From contig JBBRNJ010000041.1 in assembly GCA_038230375.1 (NCBI GenBank), positions 1 through 64,000 of the forward strand: a DNA stretch of 64,000 bases, in the 5' to 3' direction. A model generated the notes under the pieces. The model was not told where the DNA came from. It did no database searches and saw nothing but the letters and a program-made list of their open reading frames with translations. Of this stretch, positions 10,000 to 19,928 are shown in pieces (positions within the stretch are counted from its first letter, which is position 1; each line of letters begins with the position of its first letter). A program made the position numbers and the translations under genes. Source of the stretch: Polyangiales bacterium. Lineage in GTDB: Bacteria > Myxococcota_A > Polyangia > Polyangiales > Polyangiaceae.

Positions 10000-10794
10000 A
10001 TGGAGCCAGTAACCCATCGCGCTCTCCTGCTGGTGCTGTCGGGGTGCGCGATGACGTGCGTTGCCAGCGCGTGCAGCTCGTCGTACACGACGCCCGAGGA
10101 CTTCACGGTGACGCGAGGCGGCGACGCCGGGGCCGACCATCAAGGCCCCGCATCCGATGGCGACACCGGGGTCACTATCGACCAGGCAGGCTGCACCACG
10201 CTTCACGTCGACTTCTCCGACCCGACCCAGCAGTGGAAGTACTCCGGCCTGGCTGACCCCAACGGCACGAGCGTGGCGCTCACGCGGGGCACTGGCAACG
10301 ATGTTGGTGCGATCTTCGTCCCAGCACCCCCCAACACGGCGTCCTTCGACGTGACTTTCACGGTCACTGCCTCGGGCGGCAACTCGCCACAAGGCGAGGG
10401 CGTGGCGCTGGTATGGGCCAACAACACCGACGCCCCACGCAATGGGAGAGGGACTGACGCCCTCGGTTTCTGCGCCGGAAGTGGCGGCACCGGCACGCCC
10501 ACCGGCTACGCCCTGGAGTACGATTTCCTGAACAGCGTCCTGTCGCTCGTTTGGTCCGGTGGTGGCGTGGGGAGCTGCCAGCTCCAGCCTCCCTCGCAGT
10601 CGTTGCTGTTCAGCGGTTCCCAGACATTCAGCGCTCACGTCGCTGCAACCGGTGTGACCGCGATTGCGGGTGCAAGCTCGACGAAGTTTGCCCCGATGAG
10701 TGGTGTCTCCGCCATTCGATGGATTGGCTTCACGGGCGCCGGCAGTGCGACCGTACTGGACGTCACTGACGTCGTGATCAAGGCCTGCCCCTGA
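10000..10794 (+). CDS. Lipoprotein with an L-type (legume) lectin-like domain
   Basis: Lipobox ASAC. Motifs VALTRG..NDVGAIF, GEGVALV, YALEYD and WIGFTGA match the legume-lectin pattern. Confidence 0.6.
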   Translation: MEPVTHRALLLVLSGCAMTCVASACSSSYTTPEDFTVTRGGDAGADHQGPASDGDTGVTIDQAGCTTLHVDFSDPTQQWKYSGLADPNGTSVALTRGTGNDVGAIFVPAPPNTASFDVTFTVTASGGNSPQGEGVALVWANNTDAPRNGRGTDALGFCAGSGGTGTPTGYALEYDFLNSVLSLVWSGGGVGSCQLQPPSQSLLFSGSQTFSAHVAATGVTAIAGASSTKFAPMSGVSAIRWIGFTGAGSATVLDVTDVVIKACP

Positions 10795-10910
10795 GAACAG
10801 CGACATCTCGTCGCGTTCAGCAAGCGGGGTCTGCGTTGTCGTCTGGGCCTCGCAGAACGCGCTGCGGAAGGTCCCCTTGACGACGTCGCTACCGAACTTC
10901 AGCTCGCGGA

Positions 10911-12689
10911 TCAGCGACCGCGTCGGGTCTTGGGTCCTTCGGGGAGGTCCGAGGTTGCGAGCATGACGTGCACGACGGGAGCCTTGTACGACGTCACGGC
11001 GCTGATCACAGTGACGAGCGCGCCCACTGTCGTGGTGTCCCGGATGTTCACGTGGACCTCGGACTCGTCCGGACCGATCGCCCGCCGAAGCTCCTTCGAG
11101 AAGGCGATCCCAAACCGGAGCGTCTCGACGCCATCAACGAGCACGGTCGTGTCATCGATGAAGGTCACGCTTGGTCTCCGCCCCAGCGAAGGCGCAAGGA
11201 GCACCTCGACTTCGACGGCGGTGGCCTCGGGCGCCATGAGCGCGCGGATGTCGGGGTCCACGCCTTCGAGCCTGTCCACGGTTCCGTTGTCGGCTGCCAC
11301 GACCAGGTCCACCGACCGCGCTTGCCCCTTGGCCATCGTGCCCGTGGCCGCGGGCACCAGCGCGAAGACCGCTGCGGCCGGCGCGTCCTTGTCGGCCGCG
11401 AACGAGTGCCACGGATTCCATTCAAGGCTCTGCTCGTCGTTGCGCGGTGCTCTCCCGACAATGGCGCCGGTCTTGTCCACCACGGTGACCTGCTGGTGTG
11501 GGTGCCTGAACGGGCTCACGTCTGGGATCGTGGGCAGCGCCACGGGAAACGTCAGCGGAGGTAGGTTTTTTGCGGTCGTCGTCAGGACACCCATGCCGTG
11601 CGCATGCACGCCGAAGAAGCCGAGCGCGGCGAGCATGCAGAGCCCGAGCGTGATCACGCTGCCCGCACCGAGCGGGCTCCGGCCACGGCTCATGCCGCGG
11701 ACGACCGCCGGCGCGAACGCGAGAAGGACGGTCGCCACATGGAGCACCGAGAGCATGACGAAGGCGCGAGACTCCACGCGGCCCTCCATGAGGATGCGCG
11801 CACGCTGGCTGGGGTCCACGCTCTCGCCGCTGCACGCGCCGAGCACGACGCGATTGATCGCGATCATGGCCGTGCGGTCCAGGAGCCAGAGAGCGAGCGA
11901 CGCCGCCACAGCTGCCGCGATCACGGCGCCGAGCATGCGATTCTGCTCGGCCGCATCGTGCCAGTCACGGAACGCGGGAGCCGCGCGCGCCGTCAGAGGC
12001 GCGAGCACTGCGACGATCAGCAGGGATACGAGCGACAAACCAAATGCGAAGGGTGAGGCGGAGAGCGAACGCGTCACGACCATCACGACCAGGCTCGCGA
12101 CGAAGCCGACGATGGGCGTGGCCAGCGAGATGAGCCACGCCGAAGAGCCGGGAGCCCCCACGCGCGCGCGGTCCACGCTTGCCGCGATGCCAGCGCAGCC
12201 CACCGCCGCGGCGCCCAGCGCGAACGCGCAGATCGCACCGCCGAGCTGGAGCGACGCAAGGGCCTCCTGTGTCCCCTCGAACGCGATGCGCATGCGCACG
12301 CTGGGGTCGACGGACTCCCCAGAGAGCACCGCCGCCGTCTGCGACTGCGAGCTCAGCGTGCCGAGGAAGGCCACCAGCGATGGGACCAGAGCCGCGCCGA
12401 CGATCGCGGCCGGTGGGATACGGCGTCCGCGAATGCCGAGGCCCGAGAGCACGCCAACGACGATGGACACCACCGGCATCAGCAGCAGGAGGACGTACAT
12501 CGAAGTGCCGCCCTCCCTGAAGTTCGTCCAGATGCCGGAAGCACTACGGCCGAGCAGGAGGAGCGGGAACAAGAGCCCGCATGCAGCGACGAGCGCCGTC
12601 ACGACGACGTACGCCGTCATGTTCGCGCGCGGGAACGGGAGCCCGCCGTGCGCGCCACCTTCACGATAGGGAACGTTGGGCTGCGTCAT
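10911..12689 (-). CDS. Polytopic membrane protein with duplicated MotA/TolQ/ExbB-like segments and an ExbD-like C-terminus
   Basis: FREGGTSMY N-terminal motif, two SGESVDPS.R.RI..EG..E motifs, many TM helices, soluble C-terminal domain. Confidence 0.55.
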   Translation of the reverse strand: MTQPNVPYREGGAHGGLPFPRANMTAYVVVTALVAACGLLFPLLLLGRSASGIWTNFREGGTSMYVLLLLMPVVSIVVGVLSGLGIRGRRIPPAAIVGAALVPSLVAFLGTLSSQSQTAAVLSGESVDPSVRMRIAFEGTQEALASLQLGGAICAFALGAAAVGCAGIAASVDRARVGAPGSSAWLISLATPIVGFVASLVVMVVTRSLSASPFAFGLSLVSLLIVAVLAPLTARAAPAFRDWHDAAEQNRMLGAVIAAAVAASLALWLLDRTAMIAINRVVLGACSGESVDPSQRARILMEGRVESRAFVMLSVLHVATVLLAFAPAVVRGMSRGRSPLGAGSVITLGLCMLAALGFFGVHAHGMGVLTTTAKNLPPLTFPVALPTIPDVSPFRHPHQQVTVVDKTGAIVGRAPRNDEQSLEWNPWHSFAADKDAPAAAVFALVPAATGTMAKGQARSVDLVVAADNGTVDRLEGVDPDIRALMAPEATAVEVEVLLAPSLGRRPSVTFIDDTTVLVDGVETLRFGIAFSKELRRAIGPDESEVHVNIRDTTTVGALVTVISAVTSYKAPVVHVMLATSDLPEGPKTRRGR

Positions 12690-13344
12690 CAGCGCGCAGG
12701 CTACTACGGGTCGTGGTCGCGAGCGATGCGTCGAGCGCTTGCTCGAATAGGCGGGAGCACCATGTCAGCCGAGAGCCGAGAGTCCGCTGGCGGCGAACAA
12801 CGCCGTGCCCGTTCACTGATCCGGCGAGATGAAGACGTCCTGGTCCGGCGGCAGGTTCAACGGACCGCGTGAGACACATGACGTCGTTCAGACGGTCGGC
12901 CTTGCGAACGGGCGCCCTGAGATCTTCGAAGCGTACGTGCCCGAGGTGAAGCGCGACGATCGCCGCCGAAGCCAACGGCGCAGCGCGCTCCTGGGTTCGC
13001 ACGAGAGGAATTGCAGGAATCGGCCGCACGAACGCGCGGTCTGGGCCTCGGCAACCTGCGACGTACACGCACTCGCGTGGTCGACGTGCGCGTCCGGCGC
13101 CGCCTGCGATTGCGAGGTCGGCAGTGTGGGCGCGCCCGTGCGCGCATCATTCGACCGCCGGCGTTCGCTCATTCCGCAACTGACGATCAGCGCAAGCCCC
13201 GCGCACGACAGCGGCAGCAAGTAGCGGCGAGCCATGGCGACAATGCTAGCACCGGCCCCGCGCATCGAGCTCGCCTGGCTGGACTTCAATGGTTCTGGCT
13301 CGGCCGACGGCTCCGAACGTCTCTCACGTGATAGCTTCACGCGT

Positions 13345-13992
13345 ATGAAAGCGCGCTCCGCCGTCTTCGTGGCTGCCGTACTTGCGTCCGTCCTCTTCGC
13401 GTTCTCGACTGTCAGCGCGGAACCGAAGCAGCCATCCGCGCTGGCGCTGCCGAAGGGGTCTCCCACGGCACCGCCGGTAGCGCCCGCCACGCCGCAGTCG
13501 AACGATCCCTGCGATCGTGACAGCGATGGCGTTCGTGCGCTCTCCTGCGGTGGGAGCGATTGCGACGACCACGATCGGTTCACCTATCCTGGAAACCCAG
13601 AGCTCTGCGCGGGAACGCTCCCGGACGGTCGCTCCGCCGCCGATCACGACGAGGACTGCAACCCGTGCACCGTCGCGGGGCTCTCTCCTGATGGCGACGA
13701 CGATCACGACGGCTTCGTTGCGGGTCGGTGCAGAAATCACGTCCGGAGCCCGGGCGCCCCGATCGGCTGCGATCTCCGAAACGTGGGATACGACGCGACC
13801 AGCGGCTGGGTCCTGGCCAAGGATTGCGACGATACGAACATGGCCGTCGTCCCCAACGCGCAGATCTGTGCCGACGCGCACAACGTCCGCATCTGCAGCT
13901 CCATGGTCGCGGGCAGCTTCGTTCTTGCTTCGTGCCCTGCTGGAACGACCTGCCTCGCTCAGCCCAACAGCCTGGGCGTTTGCGGACACTGA
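13345..13992 (+). CDS. Secreted Cys/Asp-rich protein with putative metal-binding DCDD repeats
   Basis: Signal peptide ending VSA. Motifs DRDSDG..GGSDCDD..TYPGNPELC, DEDCN and KDCDDTN..VVP. Confidence 0.75.
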   Translation: MKARSAVFVAAVLASVLFAFSTVSAEPKQPSALALPKGSPTAPPVAPATPQSNDPCDRDSDGVRALSCGGSDCDDHDRFTYPGNPELCAGTLPDGRSAADHDEDCNPCTVAGLSPDGDDDHDGFVAGRCRNHVRSPGAPIGCDLRNVGYDATSGWVLAKDCDDTNMAVVPNAQICADAHNVRICSSMVAGSFVLASCPAGTTCLAQPNSLGVCGH

Positions 13993-14008
13993 ACGACCTC
14001 GACCTGAG

Positions 14009-15688
14009 CTAGGTGTTCTGTCCGAACACCGACAGCACGTCGCATCCATTGCAGGCGAAGTGGTACTGGTAGCCTGAGCCGTTGTTCACCGTGATCTCGG
14101 GCTTGAAGCCGCTCCTCCACATGGTGCCGAGCGCCGCGACAAACTGCATCTCGGACTGACAGGCCGGGCAGAAGGGCCGCTCGAAGTCCTGGACCCAGTC
14201 GGGCTGGCCTCCGATCTGCGTGACGTCCGGCTGCGGCTCGCGATTCGGGCGCGGCACCACGGCGGCCGCGTGCTCGCGTATGGGGTCGAGCGTGCCGTTC
14301 GCCGTTCCGAGCGATGCGATGTTCTTCGGGGTCGCGGCGACGCCGAGGAGCTCGATGCTGTGCTTCCGGTGATCGACGTGGAAGTCACGCCGCACCATGA
14401 AGACGCAGCAGTCGATACACCCGACGAGCGGCAGAGTGGGCCAGCTGGGGATGCGTGCCGCGAGCTCCAGCACGTCGGGGACGGAGAGGACGAAGAATGC
14501 GTGCATGACGTGATGGCACCCTGGGCACGCAGGCATCGTGAAGCGCTGACCGCCGAAGACGTGAGGAGACTTCTGCTTCGTGGGCCTGACGATCTGGCCT
14601 GGGCTCTTCTCCCAGCCGTCCTTGAGATCGCCTGCGGGATAGGCCCACGGCTGGCGGACGTTGGCCCAGCTGGCCGTGTCCAGGCCGAAGGCGGACAGGA
14701 GTAGTGGAAGGAGTGTGGCATTGTTTGGCCGTTCGTTCACGTCGAGCTTCACGCACATCTCGAGCGCGCTCTTCGCCTTCTTCGCGTCGCCGAAATGCTT
14801 CTCGGCGATGGCGTGGCGCGCCCAGGCCTTGCCGTCGTGGCAGGTCGAGCTCGTTGGCCTGGGATAGCGAGCGAGCAGCATGGCTCCTTCCTTCTGGTCG
14901 ACGAGGGCTGTGAGGACCATGCTCTCGACGATCGCGCCACTGCGCATCCTCGGGAGGATGACGTCGGCCTCCTGCACCATCGCCTTCGTGCCGTCGCGCG
15001 CTGCGACATGGCGAAGGTACTCCGCGTTCTCCGGGTCGAACGGGCCCACGCCGCCGGTGTTCGCGAGGTACGCGCGGTAGATGCGCAGCCCCTCGCTGAC
15101 GCGTCCCCTCGAGAACGACCAGAGCGCGAACCAGCGGCGTGCCTGGGGCGTCAGCGACTCGACGGATGCGCGAAGGCGGTGGCCGCGCGCTCGCTCGATG
15201 GTCCGCCACACGCGCCACCACGTGCCGCTCTTGCCGTTGTCGGCGGCCTCCTTCGCATAGGCGGCGGCGAGGGCCGCGAGATCGGTTCCGGCGGCGACGC
15301 ACTCCTTGCTCGGAAGTGGATGCCTGGCAATGAGTCGCTGGTGAAGCGGCTTCCGGGACTTCCGTGGCTCGATGCCGTCGAGGCTCACTTCGAACGAGAT
15401 GCGATGCTCGGCGAGGGCAGCCTTGATGCGACGCAAGAAGGCCTTGGTCGTGCGATCCGGAGCGTCCTCGATGTCGAGTCGAATCTTCACGCGTTTGCCT
15501 TCGGCCTCCGGGTAGCGTCCGGTCAGCTCGCCATCCAGGGCAAAGGAGGCATACTCGTTCACGCGCTGCTGGAGCGCGATGAGCTGCGCCTCGCGGCCCG
15601 TCCACTTCCGTCGCTGAATGAGGACAAGGACGAAGACGCCGTTCCTGGTCTTCGTGATGAGGTCGATCTTGTACGTGGCCGCTGCCAT
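14009..15688 (-). CDS. Multidomain hypothetical protein: DUF6572-like N-terminus, helical middle, YwqG/DUF1963-like Cys-containing C-terminus
   Basis: N-terminal KIDLI...LQQRVNEYASFALDGEL..RYPE. C-terminal QIGGQPDWVQ...CPACQSEMQFV...YHFACNGC. Confidence 0.6.
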   Translation of the reverse strand: MAAATYKIDLITKTRNGVFVLVLIQRRKWTGREAQLIALQQRVNEYASFALDGELTGRYPEAEGKRVKIRLDIEDAPDRTTKAFLRRIKAALAEHRISFEVSLDGIEPRKSRKPLHQRLIARHPLPSKECVAAGTDLAALAAAYAKEAADNGKSGTWWRVWRTIERARGHRLRASVESLTPQARRWFALWSFSRGRVSEGLRIYRAYLANTGGVGPFDPENAEYLRHVAARDGTKAMVQEADVILPRMRSGAIVESMVLTALVDQKEGAMLLARYPRPTSSTCHDGKAWARHAIAEKHFGDAKKAKSALEMCVKLDVNERPNNATLLPLLLSAFGLDTASWANVRQPWAYPAGDLKDGWEKSPGQIVRPTKQKSPHVFGGQRFTMPACPGCHHVMHAFFVLSVPDVLELAARIPSWPTLPLVGCIDCCVFMVRRDFHVDHRKHSIELLGVAATPKNIASLGTANGTLDPIREHAAAVVPRPNREPQPDVTQIGGQPDWVQDFERPFCPACQSEMQFVAALGTMWRSGFKPEITVNNGSGYQYHFACNGCDVLSVFGQNT

Positions 15689-15711
15689 GCTGGACTCCGA
15701 GCCAAGGAAGG

Positions 15712-16671
15712 TCAGGTCAGCTCGGCGGAGCCGACCACCCGATTGCGGCCGCCTTCTTTGGCGCGATAGAGGCGCTCGTCGGCGATGCCCAGGAGGCGCT
15801 CGGGCGTGGCGTCTGGGCCGCAGCACGCCATCGAGGCGGCGCCAGCGCTGATGGTGCGCGTGATGACCACGCCTTCCCACTCCACCGGTTTTCGCTCCAC
15901 CATCGCGCGAAGTCGCTCGGCGATGAACAACGCGGCATTCAAATCGCTTCCACGCGCAACGACGACGAACTCCTCGCCGCCGTAACGCGCAAGGATGTCC
16001 TCCGTGCGAAGCGCGGCCTTCAACGTTGCCGCCGTAGCCTTGAGCACAGCGTCACCCGCGAGATGACCATGAGTGTCATTCACCAACTTGAAGTGATCGA
16101 TGTCCAGCATCACCAGGGACAACACCGCCTGGTGGCGGACGGCGAACGCGACCTCGGCGTTGAGACGGTCGGTCAGGTATTTTCGATTGGCCACGCCGGT
16201 GAGCCCGTCGTTGACGCTCGACTCGTACACCTTGCGAAGCGCTTCTTCCTCGTGCTCGTCGACCATCTGGAACCGTAGCGTGACGGCCGATCCGAGCCGG
16301 ACCCGATCGCCGTCCACGAGCGTGTGGCGCGAGATGCGGGTCTCGTTGACGAACACGCCGTTGCGCGAGCCCGCATCCTCGAGGACGCACGTGCCAGCCT
16401 GGCGAAAGACGCGCGCATGGATCCGCGAGAGAATCGCCTCGTCGAACGCATGGGTGCACGTTTCGTCGCGCCCCAAGGTGCTGACGAGGTCCTTCAAGCT
16501 GCAAACGCGCCCAGCCTCGAGCCCCGCCATCTGGGTCAGCACTGCACGGTCGCGGACGTGCACCTCCAGCCGCTGCACGGTAGACGCGCTGACCTCCTCG
16601 TCGTCGACGAGCGTGACCATGGGAGCGCGCGGACGATTCGGGGGAATGCTGGGGGGTAGCTGACCGGCCAC
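15712..16671 (-). CDS. FHA-GGDEF diguanylate cyclase
   Basis: FHA motifs LGR..SRIHA..GSRNGVFVN. GGDEF motifs DGLTGVANR, DIDHFK.VND.HGH..GD and ARYGGEEF. Confidence 0.93.
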   Translation of the reverse strand: MAGQLPPSIPPNRPRAPMVTLVDDEEVSASTVQRLEVHVRDRAVLTQMAGLEAGRVCSLKDLVSTLGRDETCTHAFDEAILSRIHARVFRQAGTCVLEDAGSRNGVFVNETRISRHTLVDGDRVRLGSAVTLRFQMVDEHEEEALRKVYESSVNDGLTGVANRKYLTDRLNAEVAFAVRHQAVLSLVMLDIDHFKLVNDTHGHLAGDAVLKATAATLKAALRTEDILARYGGEEFVVVARGSDLNAALFIAERLRAMVERKPVEWEGVVITRTISAGAASMACCGPDATPERLLGIADERLYRAKEGGRNRVVGSAELT

Positions 16672-16793
16672 GGCTTTGGCTGTAATCTACCTGAGCAATC
16701 TGGAGATCCGGCACTGGACTCTCCGATGTTTGGGTCTGGGCGAGCGAATTCCTGCGAAAGTACGGGCTGAGAGATGCTATCGACTGGGAATCG

Positions 16794-17459
16794 ATGCTGA
16801 ATTGGACCGCGGTGGAGACCGCACGCGTCGGAAACAGTGAGTTCGTGCTTGCGCGCGAGGGCGACGACTGGGTCGTTCGTGTCGACCAGCGCATTCTCAT
16901 GTCGAACCGGATGCACCAGTCCGAAATCGCGCTAGCGGAGCACGCGATCGGACTCTTCGACGATCCGCAGCGGGTGTTGGTCGGCGGACTGGGGCTCGGC
17001 TACACGCTTCGCAGCGCGCTCGATCTCGTGTCGGACGAAGCGCACGTCACGGTCGTCGAGCTCGTCCCCGAGCTTGTCGATTGGAATCGCCGGATCATCC
17101 ACGCGCTCAACGACAGCCCGCTCGAGGATCCACGTTGCGAGGTCATTGTCGGCGACGCGTGCGACGTGATCGCGCGCGCGCGCGGCGACTACGACGTCAT
17201 CATGCTCGACGTGGACAACGGTCCGCAGTCGCTCTCGCAGGCGAAGAACCAGCGCCTGTACACCGACAACGGCGTGCGCGCCTGCTGGCAAGCGCTCGGA
17301 CCCGGCGGCGTCCTCGCCGTATGGTCCGCAAACCCGAACGCCAAGTATGCGCGGCGTCTGGACCGTCTCGGCTTCGTCGTCGACGTCGTCCGCTCACCGG
17401 CACGCGCGGGCGGGTACACGTCGCACGTCCTGTTCCTCGGCCAGAAGCCCGGCCCCTGA
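16794..17459 (+). CDS. Spermidine synthase-like SAM-dependent methyltransferase
   Basis: VLVGGLGLGYT SAM motif, VVEL, YDVIMLDVDNGP, L.PGGVLAVWS. Confidence 0.85.
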   Translation: MLNWTAVETARVGNSEFVLAREGDDWVVRVDQRILMSNRMHQSEIALAEHAIGLFDDPQRVLVGGLGLGYTLRSALDLVSDEAHVTVVELVPELVDWNRRIIHALNDSPLEDPRCEVIVGDACDVIARARGDYDVIMLDVDNGPQSLSQAKNQRLYTDNGVRACWQALGPGGVLAVWSANPNAKYARRLDRLGFVVDVVRSPARAGGYTSHVLFLGQKPGP

Positions 17460-17473
17460 GTCACACCATGACG

Positions 17474-18325
17474 TCAGGCGACGGGAACGCTGATGCTTGG
17501 GCGGTGATGGAGCACGACCTCGGCTCCTGGTAGCGCGGCGATGGCGATGGTCGCGGCGGGCTGGAAGGCCATCGGCTCGCTGGGACCACCGACGCGCTCG
17601 TAGAACTTCGCGGCCACGCGATCCATCCGCACCTGCCCGATGTCCTCGAAGACCTTGCGCCACGTGCACCCGTGGCACATCGCTCGCACGAAGAGCTCGG
17701 CGCGCTCGAAGTTCAGCGTGTGGCGGACGATCGTGTGGCGCACCATCACGAGGCCCGCCTCCTTCCACATCTGTGCCATGCGCTCGCGCTCGGCGTTGAT
17801 GCGGTGCTGACCGAATGACACGTTCGGCTCCAGCTCGCGGAGGCACTCGACCAGGATCTGGTTCTGGTCCTCGTTGTCGGGGGGCCCCCATGTGATGATG
17901 CCGACCTTGCCGCTCGGAGACAGCGCAGAGGCCCACGCATGCATGACCTGCGCGCGGTCGTCGAACTGCCATAGACCGAACGCGCAGATGATCTCGTCCC
18001 ATGGCTTGCCGGTCACGTCGGACGCATCCGCCACTTCGCAGGTGACGTGCGTCTCCATGCCCGCGCGCTGCACTTCCCTCTCGCAGATCTTCACCATCTC
18101 CGGGCTGGTGTCGGTGGCGCGCACGCGGCCCTTCGGCCCCACCACGCGAGCGGCGCCAATGACCTCTGAGCCCGGGCCTGCGCTCGTGACGAGGACGGAT
18201 TCGCCCTCCGCGATCGCGAGCTCGCGGATCAGATCCGCGTGGTACGGAACGAAGCGCGGCACCCACTCTTCGAGGTACCCGACGGCAGCAAGATCCCAGG
18301 GCGTTCCCACACGCACAGCATACAT
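17474..18325 (-). CDS. Class I SAM-dependent methyltransferase (UbiE-like)
   Basis: SAGPGS..VGPKGRVRATDTSPEM, VADA, WDEIICAFGL, LSPSGKV. Start uncertain. Confidence 0.75.
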   Translation of the reverse strand: MYAVRVGTPWDLAAVGYLEEWVPRFVPYHADLIRELAIAEGESVLVTSAGPGSEVIGAARVVGPKGRVRATDTSPEMVKICEREVQRAGMETHVTCEVADASDVTGKPWDEIICAFGLWQFDDRAQVMHAWASALSPSGKVGIITWGPPDNEDQNQILVECLRELEPNVSFGQHRINAERERMAQMWKEAGLVMVRHTIVRHTLNFERAELFVRAMCHGCTWRKVFEDIGQVRMDRVAAKFYERVGGPSEPMAFQPAATIAIAALPGAEVVLHHRPSISVPVA

Positions 18326-18396
18326 CAACTCCGGTCCACGAGCCCCTTCACGAGGCCCCTTCACGTGGTTTGGGAACGGGACTAACCTCGCACGCA

Positions 18397-19524
18397 ATGT
18401 CCGAATCCACACCCGAAGCCAAGCTCGCCCGCACGTCCCTCTACGAGGATCACGTTCGCCTGGGCGGCCGCATGGTGCCGTTCGCTGGCTACGAGATGCC
18501 TGTACAATACACGGGAATTGTCGACGAGCACAAGGCGGTCCGCACAGCGGCCGGCCTGTTCGACGTCTCGCACATGGGTGAGATCGAGATGACCGGCGAA
18601 TGGGCCGAGTCCGTCGTCGACTACCTGGTCACGGGCAACGTGAAGGCGCTGCAGGACGGGCAGGCGCTCTACACGTGCGCGTGCAACAAGGAAGGCACCA
18701 TCCTGGACGATCTCATCGTCTACAAGATCAGCAAGGAACGCATCCTGATCGTCTGCAATGCGGGAAATCGCGACAAGATCACGAAGGTCTTCAAGAGCGC
18801 CGCCGAGAACCACTGCGAGTACAAGGACCACAGCGACGAGACCGCGCTCATCGCGCTCCAGGGCCCGAAGGCCTTTGACGTGCTCGCGCGCGCTGGCAAG
18901 GACGCGGCAGATCTCGTGAACCTCGCGAGCTTCCATTTTCGCGACGTGGTGATCGCGAATGTGAAATGCACTGCGGCGCGCACGGGCTACACGGCCGAAG
19001 ACGGCGTGGAGATCTTCTGCGCGTGGAAGGACGCGCCGGCGCTCTGGAACCAGCTCCTCGAGCTCGGGAAAGATCTCGGCGTCTTGCCATGCGGTCTTGG
19101 CGCGCGCGACACGCTCCGCCTTGAAGGACGCCTCTCCCTCTACGGCAACGACATCGACGAGACCACGAACCCGCTGGAGGCAGGCCTTGGCTGGATCGTG
19201 AAGCTCGACAAGCCGGACTTCGTCGGCAAGGAGGCGCTCGTCGCGATCAAGGCGAAGGGCCTCACGCGGAAGCTCGTTGGCTTCGAGGTCACCGGCAAGG
19301 GCATCGCGCGCCACGGCTACAAGCTGCGCGACCTCCAGGGCACCGAGGTCGGGCTGTGCACGAGCGGGAGCCCCGGACCCACGGTCGGCAAGAACATCGG
19401 CCTTGGCTATCTGCCCACCGCCATGTGTGAGGTCGGAACCAAGTTCTTCTGCGACTGCCGCGGCAAGAACATCGAAGCAGTCGTCGTCAAAACCCCCTTC
19501 TACAAGCGAGCGAAAGCGTCATGA
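18397..19524 (+). CDS. gcvT: Glycine cleavage system T protein (aminomethyltransferase)
   Basis: [54 protein letters not shown]. Confidence 0.97.
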   Translation: MSESTPEAKLARTSLYEDHVRLGGRMVPFAGYEMPVQYTGIVDEHKAVRTAAGLFDVSHMGEIEMTGEWAESVVDYLVTGNVKALQDGQALYTCACNKEGTILDDLIVYKISKERILIVCNAGNRDKITKVFKSAAENHCEYKDHSDETALIALQGPKAFDVLARAGKDAADLVNLASFHFRDVVIANVKCTAARTGYTAEDGVEIFCAWKDAPALWNQLLELGKDLGVLPCGLGARDTLRLEGRLSLYGNDIDETTNPLEAGLGWIVKLDKPDFVGKEALVAIKAKGLTRKLVGFEVTGKGIARHGYKLRDLQGTEVGLCTSGSPGPTVGKNIGLGYLPTAMCEVGTKFFCDCRGKNIEAVVVKTPFYKRAKAS

Positions 19525-19928
19525 GCGACAACAGTGACAAGTCATTCCCCACGGACCTCAAGTACACGAAGGACCACGAGTGGGCGAAGGTCACCGGCTC
19601 CGAGATGACCGTGGGCATCACGTCGTTCGCCGTGGAGCAGCTCGGTGACATCACGCTCGTCAGCTTCGACGTGAAGGTCGGCGACGAGATCAAAGCTGGC
19701 AAGACGTTCGGCACCATCGAGAGCGTGAAGACGCTCTCCGATCTATTCGCGCCGGTGAACGGCAAGGTCGCCGCCCTCAATGCCGACCTGGATTCGAAGC
19801 CGGAGCTCGTGAACGAGGACTGCTTCGGCAAGGCCTGGATGATCAAGATCACGCTCGACGATACGAAGGCCGGCGACGCGCTCCTGGACGCCCCGGCCTA
19901 TGCCGCGCACGTCAAGGCAGCAGGGTGA
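19521..19928 (+). CDS. gcvH: Glycine cleavage system H protein (lipoyl carrier)
   Basis: LKYTKDHEW, GITSFAVEQLGDI, IESVK with the lipoyl Lys, PELVNED. ATGA overlap with gcvT. Confidence 0.97.
   Translation: MSDNSDKSFPTDLKYTKDHEWAKVTGSEMTVGITSFAVEQLGDITLVSFDVKVGDEIKAGKTFGTIESVKTLSDLFAPVNGKVAALNADLDSKPELVNEDCFGKAWMIKITLDDTKAGDALLDAPAYAAHVKAAG

Noticed and set aside
16794..18325. Two SAM methyltransferases as tailoring enzymes of the MNIO system
   Set aside because: They lie outside the coupled run, one is divergent from gcvT, and ChrH-type chemistry is not known to need a methyltransferase.
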